Below, one piece after another: positions 57,211 to 60,689 of a DNA stretch of 60,689 bases. Within the stretch, counting starts at the first letter, position 1; each line of letters opens with the position of its first letter. A program made the position numbers and the translations under genes. The notes under the pieces are model-generated. The model ran no database searches, had not been told where the DNA came from, and saw nothing but the letters and a program-made list of their open reading frames with translations. Source of the DNA: Nitrospirota bacterium (GTDB lineage Bacteria; Nitrospirota; UBA9217); the NCBI GenBank assembly GCA_046704425.1, contig JBJKRX010000083.1:1-60689 (forward strand). Reading direction: 5' to 3'.

Positions 57211-58272
57211 TCAGCACCTGCGCACGAGCGCACCGTGGGCGGACAGGCCCGCCCCGTAGGCCAGCAGCAGGCAGGTCTCGCCTGCCTCCACCCCGCGCTT
57301 CTCGATCTCCTCCAGCACGAACCAGACCGTCGGCGACGACATATTGCCGTATTCGGCGAGCACCTTGCGCGACGCCCAGAGCCCTTCCTCGGGGATCCCG
57401 ATCTCGTCGCGCACCGCGTTCAGGATCTTCTCTCCCCCCGTATGCAGGGCCCAGTGGGACACCCGGCCTGCGTCCAGGGACGCGCGAGCCAGCACGTCGC
57501 GGCCAACCGCGGCGGCCGCTTGCTTTACCAGGTCGGGCAGGCGAAGCGAGAGCTGGTTGCGCAGCCTGCCATCCTGGTAGATGAAGCGGATGGCCTCGCG
57601 GTGCTCCGGGGCGTAGCGACCGGCCGTGCCCACGATCTCCCATCCCTCCGGCCGTGCCCAGAGCACCGCGGCAGCGGCGCCGTCGCCGAACAGGGCGTTC
57701 GAGAGGATCAGACTCAGGTCGTTGTCCATGACGAAGGTGGCGCTGCAGATCTCCACGGAAACGGAGACCACCACCCCTGCGGGGTCCTTCGCGAGCAGGG
57801 CCTCCGCCACCTGCAGGTTGGGGATCGCGCCGCCGCACCCGCTCCCGACCAGGTCGTAGACCCGCACGTCCCGCGCCAGTCCCAGCCGCTCCACCAGGTA
57901 GGTCGCTATGCCCGGGCAGAGATAGCCCGTGCAGGTGTTCACCACGAGCCCCTGAACGTCCGCTGTGCCCACGCCCGCCCGCGCGAGCGCGTCGGTCACG
58001 GCCCGGACGGACAGGCCGATGGACCGTTCCGTGAAACGCGCAATGCGCTCGTCCGGCGTCTCGGCAATGAGACAGGCGGGATCGTCGAAGGCGAAGTGGC
58101 GTTTCCGGACGCTCGGGTGGGCGAAGACGGCGCTCAGCATGCCCAGGCTCCGCCTGTTCAGGTGCGGGCCGAAGTGTTCTTTCATGAACGCCTCGGCGAA
58201 CTGCTGGTCTGCCGTGTAGGCGGGCGCCGCGGTTGCCAGCGCACCGATGCAGGCGTTCCGGTTGACGGTCAT
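57211..58272 (-). CDS. Type III polyketide synthase
   Basis: Cys-His-Asn triad: GSGCGG, ALHTGG, YGNMSS; also TCTG, VEICS, LFGDGAAA. Confidence 0.92.
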   Translation of the reverse strand: MTVNRNACIGALATAAPAYTADQQFAEAFMKEHFGPHLNRRSLGMLSAVFAHPSVRKRHFAFDDPACLIAETPDERIARFTERSIGLSVRAVTDALARAGVGTADVQGLVVNTCTGYLCPGIATYLVERLGLARDVRVYDLVGSGCGGAIPNLQVAEALLAKDPAGVVVSVSVEICSATFVMDNDLSLILSNALFGDGAAAAVLWARPEGWEIVGTAGRYAPEHREAIRFIYQDGRLRNQLSLRLPDLVKQAAAAVGRDVLARASLDAGRVSHWALHTGGEKILNAVRDEIGIPEEGLWASRKVLAEYGNMSSPTVWFVLEEIEKRGVEAGETCLLLAYGAGLSAHGALVRRC

Positions 58273-58284
58273 CGCCACCCCCCC

Positions 58285-59709
58285 TCAGACGTCCATGCCC
58301 GCCATGCGCAGGCCGCGCCGGATGAAGCGCGTATAGCGCCAGAGCGGCGGCCGGATTCCCAGCCTGCGGCCGATGCGGTTGATCGCCGGCAGGATCGGCA
58401 GGCTCAGGGACTCGGCGCTGATCACGCTCGGATGGTTCGCCATGAACCCGCGCACCTCGCGGCTGAGCCAGGCGGCGTCCACCTCCGGCGACAGATAGAA
58501 GACCGGCGCAAACAGGTCTTCGCTGCCTGCCGCGAGCACGCCCTGGCTCTGCGCGATCTCCTCCAATTCCGTGCCGGGGTAGATGCGGATGCCCGCGTTC
58601 AGGAAGACCGTATCGGAACGCCGGAGGGAGCGCTCCGCGAACCGGAGCGTCTCCCGCACGGTCTCGCGCGTCTCGCCGGGACCGCCGAGCAGAAAGATCC
58701 AGGCGCAGGGGATCCGGTGTCGCCGGGCCACCTCGGCAGCGCGATGCACGTGCGCCGCGGTGAAGCCCTTGCGCATCTTGGCAAGCACCGGGTCCGCGGC
58801 GCTCTCGACCGTGAGGCCGTAGCCGCAGAATCCGGCGCGCTCCATGGCCCCGAGCAGCGCGTCGTCGAAAAAAGCGGGGTTCAGCTCCAGGCTCTGGATC
58901 CGCGCCCCGTGGCGCGTCCGGGCAAGGGCCTCGCACACGGCATGGGCATGGTCCGTGGGCGCATTGAACACGCTGTCCACGAATTCGATGTCCCGTATCC
59001 CGCTGCTGCCGAGCCCGGCGACGCGCTCGGCAACGGCATCGGGATCGGCCGTGCGATAGGTCCCGCCCTCGATCTTCCGGTAGGTGCAATACACGCACTG
59101 GAACGGGCAGCCCTGCTTGGTCTGGACCGGCGCGGTCGCCTGGTTGGCGCGATAGGTAGGAACGTCGAGCCACCGGGAATAGGCGGGCGCAAGGCATGCG
59201 GGGTCGAGCGTCGGGGGGCTGGGCAGGGTCGGTGCGGAGCCGCTGCCGGGCAGAACGACGCCTGCGCAATCGGCGAAAGACTTCCCGGACGCGATGCGGT
59301 CCAGGATCACCGGGAACAGGACCTCGCCGTCGCCGCGCACCGCGGCGTTCCCCCCGGCAGCCGCCAGGAGCTCCTCGGGCAGGACCGAAAGGGCCGCACC
59401 CCCGAGGATGACGATCGCGTCCGTCTCCTGACGGATGGCGTTCACCAGCGGGCGCAGCTCCGCGGCGAAGAAAACGGGGTTTTCCCGGTCGTTGTTGTCG
59501 ATGTTCCGGACCGAGAGCCCGATCACCTCGGGTTGCACGCGTCTGACCGCTTCCCGGACCGCGCCCCGGGGGTCCGGCAGGAACAACAGATCGAGGAAGG
59601 ATACGCGATGGCCCGCTCGTTCGACCGCCTCGGCGACGATGCACGCGCCGATAGGCATGACCGGCATGGGAAAACGGTTGCGGTTCGTGCTGATGAGGAG
59701 AACGTTCAT
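58285..59709 (-). CDS. Cobalamin-binding radical SAM enzyme
   Basis: N-terminal B12 domain (PVMPIG, GLSVRNIDN, ILGG, GDGE), QGCPFQCVYC, FVDSVFN, GPGETRET, IRIYPGT. Confidence 0.92.
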   Translation of the reverse strand: MNVLLISTNRNRFPMPVMPIGACIVAEAVERAGHRVSFLDLLFLPDPRGAVREAVRRVQPEVIGLSVRNIDNNDRENPVFFAAELRPLVNAIRQETDAIVILGGAALSVLPEELLAAAGGNAAVRGDGEVLFPVILDRIASGKSFADCAGVVLPGSGSAPTLPSPPTLDPACLAPAYSRWLDVPTYRANQATAPVQTKQGCPFQCVYCTYRKIEGGTYRTADPDAVAERVAGLGSSGIRDIEFVDSVFNAPTDHAHAVCEALARTRHGARIQSLELNPAFFDDALLGAMERAGFCGYGLTVESAADPVLAKMRKGFTAAHVHRAAEVARRHRIPCAWIFLLGGPGETRETVRETLRFAERSLRRSDTVFLNAGIRIYPGTELEEIAQSQGVLAAGSEDLFAPVFYLSPEVDAAWLSREVRGFMANHPSVISAESLSLPILPAINRIGRRLGIRPPLWRYTRFIRRGLRMAGMDV

Positions 59710-59916
59710 GGTTGTCGCCCTTTCCTGCTCAGCGTGAATCACCCTTCGCTTTCCTATGAGCATACCACAACCCCGCCTGTCGGATGCTGCCCGGCGCCGG
59801 GAACGACCCCTGCGGCATCATTTCGTACAGGTATTCGATGCAGGCAAGGCGGGGAAGCCGGCGGCGGTTCGAACAACGCGGGCCGGACCGCGCGCCAGGG
59901 CCGAAGAGACGGGACG

Positions 59917-60689
59917 TCACGCGGCCCTCTTCGCCCACCACCGCGCGAGGAAGGCGCCGCTCAGATTGTGCCAGATGCTGAAGAGCGCGCCGGGCAGGGC
60001 CGCAAGATTCGAGAAGTATTGCAGCGCGAGCGCGACGCTCAGCCCCGAGTTCTGCATGCCCACCTCGATCGCGATCGTGCGCGCGCTCTTCCTGTCGCAC
60101 TGAACGAGCCGCGCGATTCCGTACCCCGCTGCCAGGCCGAGGAGATTGTGCGCCATGACGCAGCCGAGGACCAGGGGGCCCGCCCGGGCGAAGTTGTCGT
60201 GATTGAGCGCCACGATGATCGCGATGATGATCACGATCGCGATCACCGAGGCGAGCGGGAAGGCGTTCTTCACCTTCCGGAGCCGCACGCTCCAGAGCGT
60301 ATTGAACGCGACGCCCGCCGCGATCGGGACAATGACGATCGCGAGAATGGTCACGAGCATGCTGCCCGCAGGCACGTGCACCATGCGGCCGATGTAGGCG
60401 AGCGTGAGAAGCGGCGTCAGGAAAAAGGACAGCAGCGTGGAGAGCAAGGTGAGCGAAATGGACAATGCCACGTCGGCCCGGGCGAGGTAGCAGATCACGT
60501 TGGAGGCGGTCCCGCCGGGCGCGGTGCCGACCAGGACCATGCCGACGAGCAGCTCCGGCGGCAGGTGGGCCAGGCGGCCTACGCCGTACCCGATCGCAGG
60601 CATCAGGAAGTACTGGAGGAACACGCCGAGCCCCAGCCGCGACGGCTGCCGGAGCACCGCAGCGAAGTCGGCAAGGGTCAGGGTGAGCC
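59917..60689 (-). CDS. Bile acid:sodium symporter (BASS) family transporter; 5' end outside the window
   Basis: QYFLMP, PGGTASNV, IEVGMQNSGL, FSIWHN. Confidence 0.92.
   Translation of the reverse strand, partial: LTLTLADFAAVLRQPSRLGLGVFLQYFLMPAIGYGVGRLAHLPPELLVGMVLVGTAPGGTASNVICYLARADVALSISLTLLSTLLSFFLTPLLTLAYIGRMVHVPAGSMLVTILAIVIVPIAAGVAFNTLWSVRLRKVKNAFPLASVIAIVIIIAIIVALNHDNFARAGPLVLGCVMAHNLLGLAAGYGIARLVQCDRKSARTIAIEVGMQNSGLSVALALQYFSNLAALPGALFSIWHNLSGAFLARWWAKRAA

Overview
High-GC chromosomal segment from an anaerobic bacterium with dissimilatory sulfur metabolism. The gene set suggests Nitrospirota or Desulfobacterota, but that is inference. The left third is a minus-strand cluster, adk-sat-aprB-aprA-qmoA-qmoB-qmoC-CBS-hppA-HD-YkgJ, which places sulfate activation and APS reduction beside AMP recycling and membrane PPi energy conservation. 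Upstream of it lie recN, a ferredoxin, vorB, cysK and a cysteine desulfurase. The middle is accessory: sensor kinases, a degenerate UbiB/ABC1 kinase, secreted lipoproteins (including a frameshifted tandem-DUF1566/arylsulfotransferase fusion with a paralog at the left edge), an orphan antitoxin, a DsrE-like protein, and an AT-rich two-gene membrane cassette beside an excisionase remnant. The right part holds tag, pfkA, a nested repeat region, radC, more kinases, a diheme cytochrome c peroxidase, and a type III PKS paired with a B12-dependent radical SAM enzyme. No rRNA, tRNA, CRISPR array, integrase, transposase or reverse transcriptase was recognised. The best candidates for undescribed biology are the type III PKS/B12-rSAM pair, the AT-rich cassette, the DUF1566-ASST fusion, the structured leader upstream of adk-sat, and the dispersed periodic inverted-repeat elements. 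All family calls come from motif recognition by eye; no searches were run.
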